Source: an uncultured delta proteobacterium
GTDB taxonomy: Bacteria > Myxococcota_A > Polyangia > Fen-1088
Direction: 5' to 3'
Assembly (NCBI GenBank): GCA_963737265.1
Contig: CAVTRY010000012.1
Span: forward strand, 256,001-320,000
Length of the DNA stretch: 64,000 bases
Shown: piece by piece, positions 9,851 through 21,149 of the stretch
Position numbering within the stretch: position 1 is the first letter of the stretch
Layout of the letters: each line of letters begins with the position of its first letter
Position numbers and translations under genes: made by a program
The notes under the pieces: generated by a model
What the model saw: the letters and a program-made list of their open reading frames with translations, nothing else
Told to the model about the DNA's origin: nothing
The model's database searches: none

Positions 9851-12184
9851 ATGGATTTGATGTTTGGCCCCTCGCTTGGCATCTCGCCTTTTTGGCAGCT
9901 CGAAAACAAGGTCATCTTGGTTGGCAGGCTCGATGCCAGTCGGCTATGTCGCGACGGCGAATACGAGGCTCTCAATCTCCTCCAGGCGCTGTGGGACTTT
10001 CGCCGCCTGTGGCCGAGGCCGCCCTGGCGCATGCGGCGCTTCGCCGCCGACGCCCGGCTGTCGAGATTCCCGCTGTCGTCGCTCGACGATCGCAAGGTGG
10101 ACGAGCTGATTGAAAGCGCCATCCGGCTCGGCGATTTGGTCGCCATCAGGAAGGTCGACCCGGCCGTGCTTGCGGCGCGGCCCGTGGATCCAGCCGTGGC
10201 GAAGCTGCGCCTGATTCGCGAGATCGAAGCCAAGACCGGCGGGAAGATGACCGAGTCGGGCCGTCACTACCGGCTGCTGCGCGACATCGACTTCGAAAAG
10301 TTCCCCGAGCGCAACTACTACTATGTGGTCCGCCAGGACGAGGCCAAGCAAGTCCTGGACGCCCTGGCCAAAGGGACCGGCACGTCCGGCGAGCTGGCAG
10401 CACTTTTCGCCAAGGCGCGCGACCAGATTACCCGCGACTGGCGTCGGCCCTTTTCATCGCCCGACGGTCTCATCCTTCTTCGCCGCGCGCCGGTCGAGCG
10501 CGCGCCAGCGAAGGATACCGGACCCGCCATCACGCCGTCGCAGATGAAGGCGCTGCTCGATGCCGAAAAGCCGGTCACGTTCTTTGCCCGTTTCGTCGAC
10601 GAGCACGGCAAGGGGCTGTCCGGTTTTACCGGCACGCTGGCGCACGGCTCGGATCCCGATAGCGACTTGGCGTTTCCCGGCAGCGGATTCGCCAAGGTCA
10701 CCCTCAAGGGCAAAGCGCAGGCGTGGCTCACCCTATCGGACGATGCGACCCAGGACTTGGTCGATGCCTTGAAAGCCCGCTGGAAGGAAATTCGCGGCAA
10801 GGTGGACAAGGCGTGGAAAGCGAAGGAAGAAGCGCTGGTCGAAGTGTCGTTCGAGAAGGGCAAGCTGCCCGAACTGCAACTGGAAGCCGAGAAGAAGCAC
10901 ACCTTCATGCTCCGGCCCCCCGTGGCGTTGGCGCGCATGCACGGCATGTACTTCGATGCCAACAAATGCTTCCTGCTGCCCACGGCGATTGCCAGCCTTA
11001 AGCGTCTGGTCCAAATCTACGAGCTGCACCTCGATTCGGAGTTGCTGATCGTCGGCCACACCGACACGGCGGGCTCCGAGGCTTTCAACCTGGATTTGTC
11101 CGCCGATCGGGCCGAGGCGATGCGGGCATACCTGCGCGACGACGCCGACACCTGGCTCGCCTGGTGGAACGAAGGCGTCAGGAAGAGCAAACGCTGGGGC
11201 GAGCACGAGGATCTCCAGATGATCGACGCCCTGGTGCCCGACGACCGATTCGGCGACGGCAGTCACGTCAAAGCTTACCAGAACTGGCACAACGGCGAGG
11301 CGCCCGACGCGCGCCAAGAAGACCAGGCACGCGGCCAGCCCGACGGATGGGAAGAGCTGAAAGTCGACGGTATCCTGGGACCGAAAACGCGCCGGCAACT
11401 GATCCTCGATTACATGAATCTGGCCGGCACGTCGCTGGAAGACGACGTGCGCGTAGTCACCTACGGTTGCGGGGAATACTTTCCGCTTGAAAGCGAGGAA
11501 GGCGAGGTCGATCAAAAGGCCGAGGACAATGAAGAGGTGCAATTCGACCGGCGCGTGGAAGTGTTCTTCTTCGCCAAACCGTTCGGCATCCTTCCGCCCG
11601 TGCCTGGGGTGGCCGACGGCGTGTCGTCGAAGACAGCGACCAAGGCAGCCAAGGGCGACAAGCTGTATCCCGAGTGGCGGCTGCGCGCATCCCGTTTCCA
11701 TGCCGTCGAGACCGAGGCCGATGGTTTTCGGTTTCGCTTGTGCGACAGCGACCTTGCGCCCTATGCCAACCGACCGTTTGCCTTGTGCCTGGAAGACTAT
11801 CCCGAGCTTCGCGGTACTACCGACGACGGCGGCTTCGTCATTGTCGACTCGCCGCCGGCGGGTGCGCAAGGCTACGTCGAGGTGTGGCCCGACGACGAGC
11901 TTCCCGAGGAAACCGTTCGCTGGGAGCTCGGCATCGACGCCATGATTTCGCCCGCAACGCCGCTTGGCGCATCAACTCGACTGTTCAATCTGGACTACTT
12001 CGCCGGCGAGCCGAGCGACGAAATGACGGACGAGCTGCAGGACGCCATCAGTTACTTCCAGGGCGACACCGCCGGGCTGGAAATTACGGGCGAGCTGGAC
12101 GACGACACTTGCGCAGGGTTGCGCAACCTCCACGAGTGCGAGCCACTGGCCGCTTCCCCTGGCTCCGAGGAGCCGACCGGATGA
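9851..12184 (+). CDS. Large OmpA-family and peptidoglycan-binding multidomain protein
   Basis: YFDANK...LIVGHTDTAGSEAFNLDLSADRA...FDRRVEV (OmpA C-terminal domain); LKVDGILGPKT and a C-terminal PG-binding repeat; no obvious signal peptide. Confidence 0.85.
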   Translation: MDLMFGPSLGISPFWQLENKVILVGRLDASRLCRDGEYEALNLLQALWDFRRLWPRPPWRMRRFAADARLSRFPLSSLDDRKVDELIESAIRLGDLVAIRKVDPAVLAARPVDPAVAKLRLIREIEAKTGGKMTESGRHYRLLRDIDFEKFPERNYYYVVRQDEAKQVLDALAKGTGTSGELAALFAKARDQITRDWRRPFSSPDGLILLRRAPVERAPAKDTGPAITPSQMKALLDAEKPVTFFARFVDEHGKGLSGFTGTLAHGSDPDSDLAFPGSGFAKVTLKGKAQAWLTLSDDATQDLVDALKARWKEIRGKVDKAWKAKEEALVEVSFEKGKLPELQLEAEKKHTFMLRPPVALARMHGMYFDANKCFLLPTAIASLKRLVQIYELHLDSELLIVGHTDTAGSEAFNLDLSADRAEAMRAYLRDDADTWLAWWNEGVRKSKRWGEHEDLQMIDALVPDDRFGDGSHVKAYQNWHNGEAPDARQEDQARGQPDGWEELKVDGILGPKTRRQLILDYMNLAGTSLEDDVRVVTYGCGEYFPLESEEGEVDQKAEDNEEVQFDRRVEVFFFAKPFGILPPVPGVADGVSSKTATKAAKGDKLYPEWRLRASRFHAVETEADGFRFRLCDSDLAPYANRPFALCLEDYPELRGTTDDGGFVIVDSPPAGAQGYVEVWPDDELPEETVRWELGIDAMISPATPLGASTRLFNLDYFAGEPSDEMTDELQDAISYFQGDTAGLEITGELDDDTCAGLRNLHECEPLAASPGSEEPTG

Positions 12185-13053
12185 CGAGGCGCCGCGGTAT
12201 CTTCCTGGTTGCCTGGGTCGTTGGGGGATGGCTGGCGGCACTGGTCGCGGTGCCGCATCTGCGCTGGTGGATCGAGGAGCACAACCATCGCACGACAGGA
12301 CCGTCGTACGGGCTGGCCAACGACGCGGCGGCGTCCCTCGCGGCGGCTCTCGATCAACCAGCGCGCGTTGCCGAGCTGGTGGCAGTTCCGGAATCCGAGC
12401 CCACGCCCGCGACCTCGTGCGAGCTCACCTGGACCGATCGAGAAAAGACCTATGTCTACGCGCAGCGGGCCTCGCGGGCAGCGCCCGAGACCGCGTGGCG
12501 GGCGGTCACGGTCGCCGGCAAGGCGATCCTCGGCCGCTATGTCGCGGACTTGTGGGCGGGCGACTGCAGGGAGAAGGGCTCCGACTACAAAAGGGACTGC
12601 ACCGTGGTGGAGCGCGCGCGACTGGTCGAGCGGCGGGAGATCCCCGTGGCACCTTCACCCGACAGGGCGACACCGCTGCTGCCCGGTGAGTGCACGCTCG
12701 GAACCTTCGCGGGCAAGCCAGGCGTCGTCGGCCGGTACAAGGTGACCCTGCCCGCGGAGCGCGAGATCACGGTGCGCGCATTCGTGATCCCGGCCACCGC
12801 GTTCCTGGCGTACCGGCTGTCGCTGCGCGGACAGGATGCCCCACACGTCGACAAGGAGAGCACCATGTTTCGCTCGCTCGGCCAGGGCGAATACGACCTG
12901 GAGGTCACCCTGCTACCCGCAGTCGGCGCCGCCGACCTGCCCGGCGAGTACAGCCTGCAAGTCCACTGGGGCCGCGCTGTCGGCCCTCGCTGTCCCATTC
13001 CGAGCTTCGACGAGAGCAACTGCTACGACGTTCCGGGCGGGAAGCAGCCATGA
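12181..13053 (+). CDS. Hypothetical membrane-anchored protein A1 (putative immunity)
   Basis: ATGA overlap with the OmpA gene; N-terminal hydrophobic helix; near-identical copy at 17264. Confidence 0.8.
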   Translation: MTRRRGIFLVAWVVGGWLAALVAVPHLRWWIEEHNHRTTGPSYGLANDAAASLAAALDQPARVAELVAVPESEPTPATSCELTWTDREKTYVYAQRASRAAPETAWRAVTVAGKAILGRYVADLWAGDCREKGSDYKRDCTVVERARLVERREIPVAPSPDRATPLLPGECTLGTFAGKPGVVGRYKVTLPAEREITVRAFVIPATAFLAYRLSLRGQDAPHVDKESTMFRSLGQGEYDLEVTLLPAVGAADLPGEYSLQVHWGRAVGPRCPIPSFDESNCYDVPGGKQP

Positions 13054-13931
13054 AGGCTAACGGATCGCCCATCGAACACCTCGCGCGGGCTGTCGGAGCC
13101 GTGGGCTGGGCGTGGGCGACGATCCTGCTCCTGGGGACGGTGCTGACCCTGGAACGCGACCGTGGGGCGCCGTATCCGGCGGGCCAGTTGGGAGAGGCGT
13201 TTGCGAGCACAAAGCCAGTGGACCGTGAGATTTTCGGTCCATCGGGGACGCGTCTCCTAGGGCACGGTACTTGTCGCGATATGTGGTTCGATGATGACGC
13301 TGTACTGATTCGCGGAATCGGACCCATGAACGGCTCGACGGCATCGGCCTGGCTGACCCTGACAGTTGGCTCCCAGGTCTTCGTTGGCAGAGTGACCGTG
13401 GACCTGTGGAACGGAGCCGGGGCAGGAACGGGTGGCCTGGAATCCTCGACAAACTATATCATCGCCACCAACCTTCGTTTTGTGGAGCGAGTTCCGCCAC
13501 CCCGCTCTGCCCCCCCCGGATGGCGGGTCATGCGTCCGGGCGAGTGCGTCCTCTGCAGCGCAGAGCCACTGGATGCTTCCGGAGTCATCGGAAGGTTCTT
13601 GATCGACCTGCCGGCAGAACGCTTCGTCAACATTGGACTGATGCCGGAAGCTGAAGGCGAGTACATACCAATGGACTGGAAGCTCACTTTCGATGGGCAG
13701 GATGTCCGAACGGTCCAAGAGGACGAGTACAAAGAAGGCCGATATCGGCCACAACGAGAAGGACGATACGGGCTTACGGTCCGTCGAACCGATGGACCAG
13801 ATGCCGGCCGGATACCCGGAAGACCATGGCAACACTACAGCGTCCAGGTGGATTGGGGTGCGGCGATAACAGGGTCGTGCGAGCCACCTCATGGCAATTC
13901 CGACTGTTTCATGGAGGTCCATCGTGAGTGA
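13050..13931 (+). CDS. Hypothetical membrane-anchored protein B1, distant paralogue of A
   Basis: ATGA overlap; shares with A the blocks AW..TV...GR...DLW.G, PGEC.L, GV.GR....LPAER and YS.QV.WG.A....C..P. Confidence 0.8.
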   Translation: MKANGSPIEHLARAVGAVGWAWATILLLGTVLTLERDRGAPYPAGQLGEAFASTKPVDREIFGPSGTRLLGHGTCRDMWFDDDAVLIRGIGPMNGSTASAWLTLTVGSQVFVGRVTVDLWNGAGAGTGGLESSTNYIIATNLRFVERVPPPRSAPPGWRVMRPGECVLCSAEPLDASGVIGRFLIDLPAERFVNIGLMPEAEGEYIPMDWKLTFDGQDVRTVQEDEYKEGRYRPQREGRYGLTVRRTDGPDAGRIPGRPWQHYSVQVDWGAAITGSCEPPHGNSDCFMEVHRE

Positions 13932-14297
13932 TTCACCGGGAAGATTTCGAGGCAAGGACGTGAAGGCGACAGGAGCACACCAGAAAGCAGATGCCAATGA
14001 GAAGCGCAATCACCCGCTGCCGGACTCGATCGAATACCAAGTTCGGCCCGAGATCGCCAAGACCCTGCGGGCTCCGTCCGCGCACAGCGTCGATCCTCAT
14101 GGCACTTCGACGCTCGTTCAGAAAGAAGTGGCCACCCTCATCTACATGGACGTAGGCCGCTGGAGCGGGAGTGCGCCGACGGAGCATGATACGCAGTCTC
14201 ATTGGGGCAAGCATCGCGACTTCGGAATCGTCTGCGGTCGCCTCGCCGTCCTCTGCACCTATACAGGCGATCCTTCGTCGGGGGGACCGGATGATCC

Positions 14298-15725
14298 CAT
14301 AGGCATTAACCCAAAAACTTGCGATTTCTCCAAGAACGCCCGCATATGCTCGGGATGGACAACATAGCGAAGGACAGCACCACGGGCGACTGGCCAATGA
14401 TTGCGGCGCAGCTTCCATCCGGATGGGAGGATCTGGCGGTCGAGATGGGCGTGGTCTACACGAAGTTTCCGGCGCACATGGGCACGAAGGTGACCGAGGC
14501 GGCACATTTGCTGCAGCCGATTCTGTACCAGGTGGCGACGAACTCGTCGCTGGCCGTGACGGTGGCGATGGCGGCGGCGGCCGGGGTGATCAAGATGTCG
14601 GCAGTCGGGCTGCACAAGCGAATGAGAACCATTGGTCCCTACCTGGCGCGACTGGTGACGCTGATGACGGATGCCGAGGCTTCGTTCGCAGCGGAGCGAT
14701 GGGCGGGCTACGACGTGGTGATCGTGGACGGCTCTTCGGTGTCGCGGCCAGGAGCCGAGGGCACCACGGCTCGCGTTCACTATGCGCTGCGCTTGAGCAC
14801 GTTGCGGCCTGTGCAAATCGAGGTCACGGATGACAAGGGCGGCGAGACGTTCAGAAACTTCGATGCCGAGGCGGGACAACTGTGGATGGGCGACCGCGGC
14901 TACTCGAACCCGCCTGGCATAGCGGCGATCATGGCGGCGGATGCCGACGTACTGGTCCGATACAACCGTGGCTCGCTTCCTCTGTACGGCATGAACGGGC
15001 AGCTACTCGACGTTCAGCGAATGCTGGCTCGCCTCAAGCATCCGGGGGTTGCACGCGAATGGTACGCAGAGGTCCATCCGCAGGGTGGCAAGGCGATCGC
15101 TGGCCGGCTGTGCGCGTTGCTCTTGCCGCCCGACAAAGCAGAGGAGGCTCGGCAGCGCGCGCGACGGGAACAAGGTCCGTCTGTGACTGAGGAAACCCTT
15201 GCGGCCGCGCAGTACGTGGTGGTGTTCACGACCGTACCGAGGTCGCGGCTGACCGCCGCCCTGGTCATGGAACTATACGGCCTCCGCTGGCAAATCGAGC
15301 TTCACATCAAGCGGGACAAATCCATCGCAGGGCTCAACCGACTGCCCAACTTTCGCAACGACACTGTCTATTCCTGGATTTGCGCCAAGATGCTGCTTAC
15401 CCAGATCGCCCGCAAACTTGCTACACCCAACGTGGCTATTCCCCCCTGTGGAGAACTCGACTGGTTCGGCATCCGACGAGCCGCAGAAAGGCGTCAGGGC
15501 CGGACTCAGGCGATCAAAGCACCGGGTCGTAGCCGAGCCATGGCGTCTCATGACCGTCCTCTGGCAAACCGTATGCGCGGCGCTCACGCCGATCAGCGCC
15601 AGTCGGTTTCCCGATTTCTTGCAGGCATTCCTTGACCACCTTCAACTCCAAGTCCCGCGCAAGCGTCTACGCAGCGCCGTTAAGTTCCAGCAACATCTTG
15701 CGGAGGAATTGGGTTAATGCCTATG
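14298..15725 (+). mobile_element. IS4-family insertion sequence
   Basis: 17-bp perfect inverted repeats CATAGGCATTAACCCAA/TTGGGTTAATGCCTATG; 11-bp target duplication C(C/T)GGATGATCC. Confidence 0.93.
14355..15717 (+). CDS. IS4-family DDE transposase (apparent +1 frameshift in a C run near 15445)
   Basis: IVDGS, GDRGY and YGLRWQIELHIKRDKS (YREK motif); the +1 frame continues to the right inverted repeat. Confidence 0.9.
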
Positions 15726-17263
15726 CTGGATGATCCTGTGCTCAAAGCCGTAGAAGACTCAATCAAATCCTCACCCGAATTCGAGAAGATCCTCCCCCTT
15801 CTCAACATCCTCTCCTCCGATCCCAAGCTTGGCTGGGTTCAGGTAACCAAGGCGGCGCTGGGCCGCAAGTTGAACAACGAGATCCCGAAGGAGGACAGGA
15901 TCTACGTGATTCTCGGGGATCTCCATGCCCCGGTCATGACCGACGGCAGGCGCACGTACTCGGACGAGCCCCAGCAGAGGTCGCTGGCCGACGCGATGGG
16001 CGTCCAATCAATTCCTGGCGGCTACGCCAGTGCCGCTCTTGCATCGGGGGTGCTCAAGCGCGGACCCCTGCACAGATGGCGCGGGCGCTACGATCCGGGC
16101 GTTCTGGCCAGCGAGGTCTTGCCTGACGTCGCCCGCGACTTGGGCGAGAGCGCGAAGGCGATCGTCGAGGCCAATCCCATCGCGCTCTATGCTGGGGAGA
16201 CCCTGGCCGTGGCGGAGGCTCCGGGGACCGCGACGGCGCTCATTACCGTGGGCGGCGCCGCCTCGGCGGTTCTGATCGAGCTTGCCGCCAAGACCCGCCT
16301 GCGCGAATGGCCCGACACGGAGGGTGGCCATGCCGAGAACGTCCGCGATTGGTTCGCCCGATACCACGGCACCCACGACAAGAAAGGCGCCGACATCTTC
16401 GAGGACGCGGGGACCGACTTGTTGCTCTGGCTCGCGCTGCTCAAGGACTACAACCAGGCAAAAGAGGGAAACAACCTGCCGGTGCGGCTGATGCAACTCG
16501 GGGATCTCTTCGATTTCTGGATCGGGCTCAAGTGCCCTTTCAGCCTGACCCACGGGTCCAGGAGCTTCCCGAACAAGAAAGCGGCCTTGGAGTTCGTGCA
16601 GTACTGGATGGACGAAACCCTGCGCTCTCCGTCCATTAACTACCTGTGGAACTTCGACAAGCACGCGGCGACCAGGCCCGACCTCAAGACCGTGTTTCTG
16701 TACGGAAACCACGACACGTACATGGGCAGCCTTCTTCCGGCAATCGTAAAAGAGCGTTTCGAAGACGATCCCGGTCTGGTCGCGCAGCACGGCCACCAGG
16801 AAGACACCTTCAACAAAGAGGAGAACGCGGCGAGGGGTTACCTGCTCACCCAGGCTGCCTTTTCCGACGACTACATTCGCGGCATCGAAGATCCCATGTC
16901 CGCCCTGGGTCCCACGCTCTTCGGCGGAAGCTGGACGCGCCTGGATCTGGCCGAGATGGCACTTCGGACCTGCGTCTTCGATAGGGTCAACCTAGGAAAG
17001 AAGCCGGCCATGACCTTCGTCATGGGCCACACCCACGAGCCGGTGCTGCAGGTGATCCATGTCGTCGCAGTCCACCAGGACGAGTCCCGAGCGACATCGA
17101 AGCCCCCAGGCGCGCCCACACCCATGTTGCAGGCCCCGTCCGCGGCCGAGTCCCAATCTCGAAATACGTCCACCAAGACTGGGTATAGGGGATAATTCCG
17201 CCGTGTAGGCGGATGTAGTTTACATGGTCTCTGTTCATCGGCGTTTTTTTCGAGCGAGGGAAA

Positions 17264-18154
17264 ATGGCGCTTGAAATGACTATCCACAGGCGCCGGGGCC
17301 TCTCCCTGGTTGCTTGGGTCGTTGGGGGATGGCTGGCGGCACTGGTCGCGGTGCCGCATCTGCGCTGGTGGATCGAGGAGCACAACCATCGCACGACAGG
17401 ACCGTCGTACGGGCTGGCCAACGACGCGGCGGCGTCCCTCGCGGCGGCTCTCGATCAACCAGCGCGCGTTGCCGAGCTGGTGGCAGTTCCGGAATCCGAG
17501 CCCACGCCCGCGACCTCGTGCGAGCTCACCTGGACCGATCGAGAAAAGACCTATGTCTACGCGCAGCGGGCCTCGCGGGCAGCGCCCGAGACCGCGTGGC
17601 GGGCGGTCACGGTCGCCGGCAAGGCGATCCTCGGCCGCTATGTCGCGGACTTGTGGGCGGGCGACTGCAGGGAGAAGGGCTCCGACTACAAAAGGGACTG
17701 CACCGTGGTGGAGCGCGCGCGACTGGTCGAGCGGCGGGAGATCCCCGTGGCACCTTCACCCGACAGGGCGACACCGCTGCTGCCCGGTGAGTGCACGCTC
17801 GGAACCTTCGCGGGCAAGCCAGGCATCGTCGGCCGGTACAAGGTGACCCTGCCCGCGGAGCGCGAGATCACGGTGCGCGCATTCGTGATCCCAGCCACCG
17901 CGTTCCTGGCGTACCGGCTGTCGCTGCGCGGACAGGATGCCCCACACGTCGACAAGGAGAGCACCATGTTTCGCTCGCTCGGCCAGGGCGAATACGACCT
18001 GGAGGTCACCCTGCTACCCGCAGTCGGCGCCGCCGACCTGCCCGGCGAATACAGCCTGCAAGTCCACTGGGGCCGCGCTGTCGGCCCTCGCTGTCCCATT
18101 CCGAGCTTCGACGAGAGCAACTGCTACGGCGTTCCGGGCGGGAAGCAGCCTTGA
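17264..18154 (+). CDS. Protein A2 (copy of A1)
   Basis: Identical to A1 apart from the N-terminus and two residues. Confidence 0.8.
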   Translation: MALEMTIHRRRGLSLVAWVVGGWLAALVAVPHLRWWIEEHNHRTTGPSYGLANDAAASLAAALDQPARVAELVAVPESEPTPATSCELTWTDREKTYVYAQRASRAAPETAWRAVTVAGKAILGRYVADLWAGDCREKGSDYKRDCTVVERARLVERREIPVAPSPDRATPLLPGECTLGTFAGKPGIVGRYKVTLPAEREITVRAFVIPATAFLAYRLSLRGQDAPHVDKESTMFRSLGQGEYDLEVTLLPAVGAADLPGEYSLQVHWGRAVGPRCPIPSFDESNCYGVPGGKQP

Positions 18155-19033
18155 AGACTAACGGATCGCCCATCGAGCACCTCGCGCGGGCTGTCGGAGC
18201 CGTGGGCTGGGCGTGGGCGATGATCCTGCTCCTGGGGACGGTGCTGACCCTGGAACGCGACCGTGGGGCGCCGTATCCGGCGGGGGAGCCGCAAGACGCG
18301 TTTGAGCACATCCACCCAATCTACCGAGAGCTTCTCGGCCACGCGGAACCCGCCTTCAGGGACGAGGCACCTGCGATAAAGATGTGGTTCGATGACGATG
18401 GGGTGCGAATTCGCGGGACTCGGTCCGATGAACGGTTCCACTGCCCCAGTATGGATGACCCTGACAGTTGCCGGCCAGGTTTTTGTCGGCAAGAGTCACC
18501 GTGGACCTGTGGCGCGGAACCTCCCTGGGAACTGGTGGCCTGGATTCCACGCACAACTACACCGTTGGTGACAACCTTCGCTTCGTGGAGCGAGTGCCAC
18601 CGCCCCGCCCTGGCCCGCCAGGGTTGGCGGGTCATTCGGCCAGGCGAGTGCGTCCTCGGCAGCACGGAGCCACTGGATGCTTCCGGAGTCATCGGGCGGT
18701 TCTTGATCGACCTGCCGGCAGAACGATTCGTCAACATTGGATTGATGCCAGAAGCTGAAGGGGATTACATACCAATGGACTGGAAGCTCACTTTCGATGG
18801 GCAGGATGTCCGAACGGTCCAAGAGGACGAGTACAAAGAAGGCCGATATCGGCCAGAACGATCGGGACGATATGAGCTTACGGTCCGTCGAACCGACGGA
18901 CCAGACGCCGGCCAGATACCCGGAAGGCCATGGCAACACTACAGCGTCCAGGTGGACATGGGGTGCGTCGATAACAGGATCGTGTCAGCCGCCTCATAGC
19001 GATTCCAACTGTTTCATGGAGGTCCGACCATGA
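18151..19033 (+). pseudogene. Protein B2, diverged copy of B1 with several frameshifts
   Basis: Homology to B1 is spread across ORFs 17791, 18468 and 18797. Confidence 0.75.
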
Positions 19034-20858
19034 GTAACTCACCAGGCAAGTTCCGCAATCGTGACGTGAAGGGCGACAGGCGCGCACCAGAAAGCGGAGG
19101 AGAAAGATAAAGAGAATATTCCGCTGCCAGACTCAATCGAATATCAGGTTCCGCCTGAGGTGGCCAAGACCCTGCGGGCCCCGTCCGTACACAGCGTCGA
19201 TCCTCATGGCACTTCGACGCTCGTTCAGCAAGAAGTGGCCACCCTCATCTACATGGACGTAGGCCGCTGGAGCGGCAGCGCACCGACGAAGCATGATACT
19301 CAGTCTCATTGGGGCAGGCATCGCGACTTCGGAATCGTCTGCGGTCGCCTCGCCGTACTCTGCACCTACACACAAGAACGCTCCACGGAATGGAAAGGAT
19401 GAGCCCGTGATCGACCATGCCGTCGAAGACTCAATCAAATCCTCACCCGAATTCGAGAAGGTTCGTCCCCTTCTCAACATCCTCTCCTCCAATCCCAAGC
19501 TTGGCTGGGTTCAGGTAACCAAGGCGGCGCTGGGCCGCAAGTTGAACAACGAGATCCCGAAGGAGGACAGGATCTACGTGATTCTCGGGGATCTCCATGC
19601 CCCGGTCATGACCGACGGCAGGCGCACGTACTCGGACGAGCCCCAGCAGAGGTCGCTGGCCGACGCGATGGGCGTCCAATCAATTCCTGGCGGCTACGCC
19701 AGTGCCGCTCTTGCATCGGGGGTGCTCAAGCGCGGACCCCTGCACGGATGGCGCGGGCGCTACGATCCGGGCGTTCTGGCCAGCGAGGTCTTGCCTGACG
19801 TCGCCCGCGACTTGGGCGAGAGCGCGAAGGCGATCGTCGAGGCCAATCCCATCGCGCTCTATGCTGGGGAGACCCTGGCCGTGGCGGAGGCTCCGGGGAC
19901 CGCGACGGCGCTCATTACCGTGGGCGGCGCCGCCTCGGCGGTTCTGATCGAGCTTGCCGCCAAGACCCGCCTGCGCGAATGGCCCGACACGGAGGGTGGC
20001 CATGCCGAGAACGTCCGCGATTGGTTCGCCCGATACCACGGCACCCACGACAAGAAAGGCGCCGACATCTTCGAGGACGCGGGGACCGACTTGTTGCTCT
20101 GGCTCGCGCTGCTCAAGGACTACAACCAGGCAAAAGAGGGAAACAACCTGCCGGTGCGGCTGATGCAACTCGGGGATCTCTTCGATTTCTGGATCGGGCT
20201 CAAGTGCCCTTTCAGCCTGACCCACGGGTCCAGGAGCTTCCCGTACAAGAAAGCGGCCTTGGAGTTCGTGCAGTACTGGATGGACGAAACCCTGCGCTCT
20301 CCGTCCATTAACTACCTGTGGAACTTCGACAAGCACGCGGCGACCAGGCCCGACCTCAAGACCGTGTTTCTGTACGGAAACCACGATACGTACATGGGCA
20401 GCCTTCTTCCGGCAATCGTAAAAGAGCGTTTCGAAGACGATCCCGGTCTGGTCGCGCAGCACGGCCACCAGGAAGACACCTTCAACAAAGAGGAGAACGC
20501 GGCGAGGGGTTACCTGCTCACCCAGGCTGCCTTTTCCGACGACTACATTCGCGGCATCGAAGATCCCATGTCCGCCCTGGGTCCCACGCTCTTCGGCGGA
20601 AGCTGGACGCGCCTGGATCTGGCCGAGATGGCACTTCGGACCTGCGTCTTCGATAGGGTCAACCTAGGAAAGAAGCCGGCCATGACCTTCGTCATGGGCC
20701 ACACCCACGAGCCGGTGCTGCAGGTGATCCACGTCGTCGCAGTCCACCAGGACGAGTCCCGAGCGACATCGAAGCCCCCAGGCGCGCCCACACCCATGTT
20801 GCAGGCCCCGTCCGCGGCCGAGTCCCAATCTCGAAATACGTCCACCAAGACCCGCTGA
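19030..20858 (+). pseudogene. Metallophosphoesterase C2, with +1 frameshifts near 19071 and 19380
   Basis: MSNSPGKFRNRDVK start is homologous to C1; GAAGGGCG versus GAAGGCG; a 25-nt versus 24-nt linker; catalytic part intact. Confidence 0.8.
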
Positions 20859-21149
20859 CCTTCACGCCGAGCCTAGTCCTTTTGAATGTGCTTCTGCGAC
20901 GTCAGAGGACCCTTTGAACACGGGCGCAGTCGGCTTTCCTGAATATGGCACAAGTCCGGTCGTTCCAACTTCGCCCTGCCCATCTTGACTATGTTCCGGT
21001 CGAAGGCACGTGGGCACAGCCTGCACAGGCGGCTCGGGTGACTCTATCGCCAAGAGATCCTCGGGAGACGAGGCTCTCTGGCGCCTTAGCAGCCGCCAGC
21101 TCCGTCGGCGATGGCACGCAGTCGAGCCGGAAACGGTGTCCGAATGGCT

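Larger units (their letters stand above)
13924..17195 (+). pseudogene. Metallophosphoesterase C1 (about 610 aa) split by an IS4 element
   Basis: Removing the IS and one target copy joins ...GDPSSGGPDDP|VLKAVEDS in frame; motifs GDLH, GDLFD, GNHD, HGH, GHTH. Confidence 0.85.
12187..20851 (+). repeat. Tandem duplication of the A-B-C module (about 12187-17179 and 17288-20851)
   Basis: Offset is 5101 bp before the IS and 3672 bp after it. A and the catalytic part of C are nearly identical; the middle of B and the N-terminus of C are diverged. Confidence 0.95.

Noticed and set aside
12187-20851. Duplication as a pure assembly artefact
   Set aside because: The copies differ by an IS with a target duplication, by diverged but still protein-like blocks, and by distinct ends.
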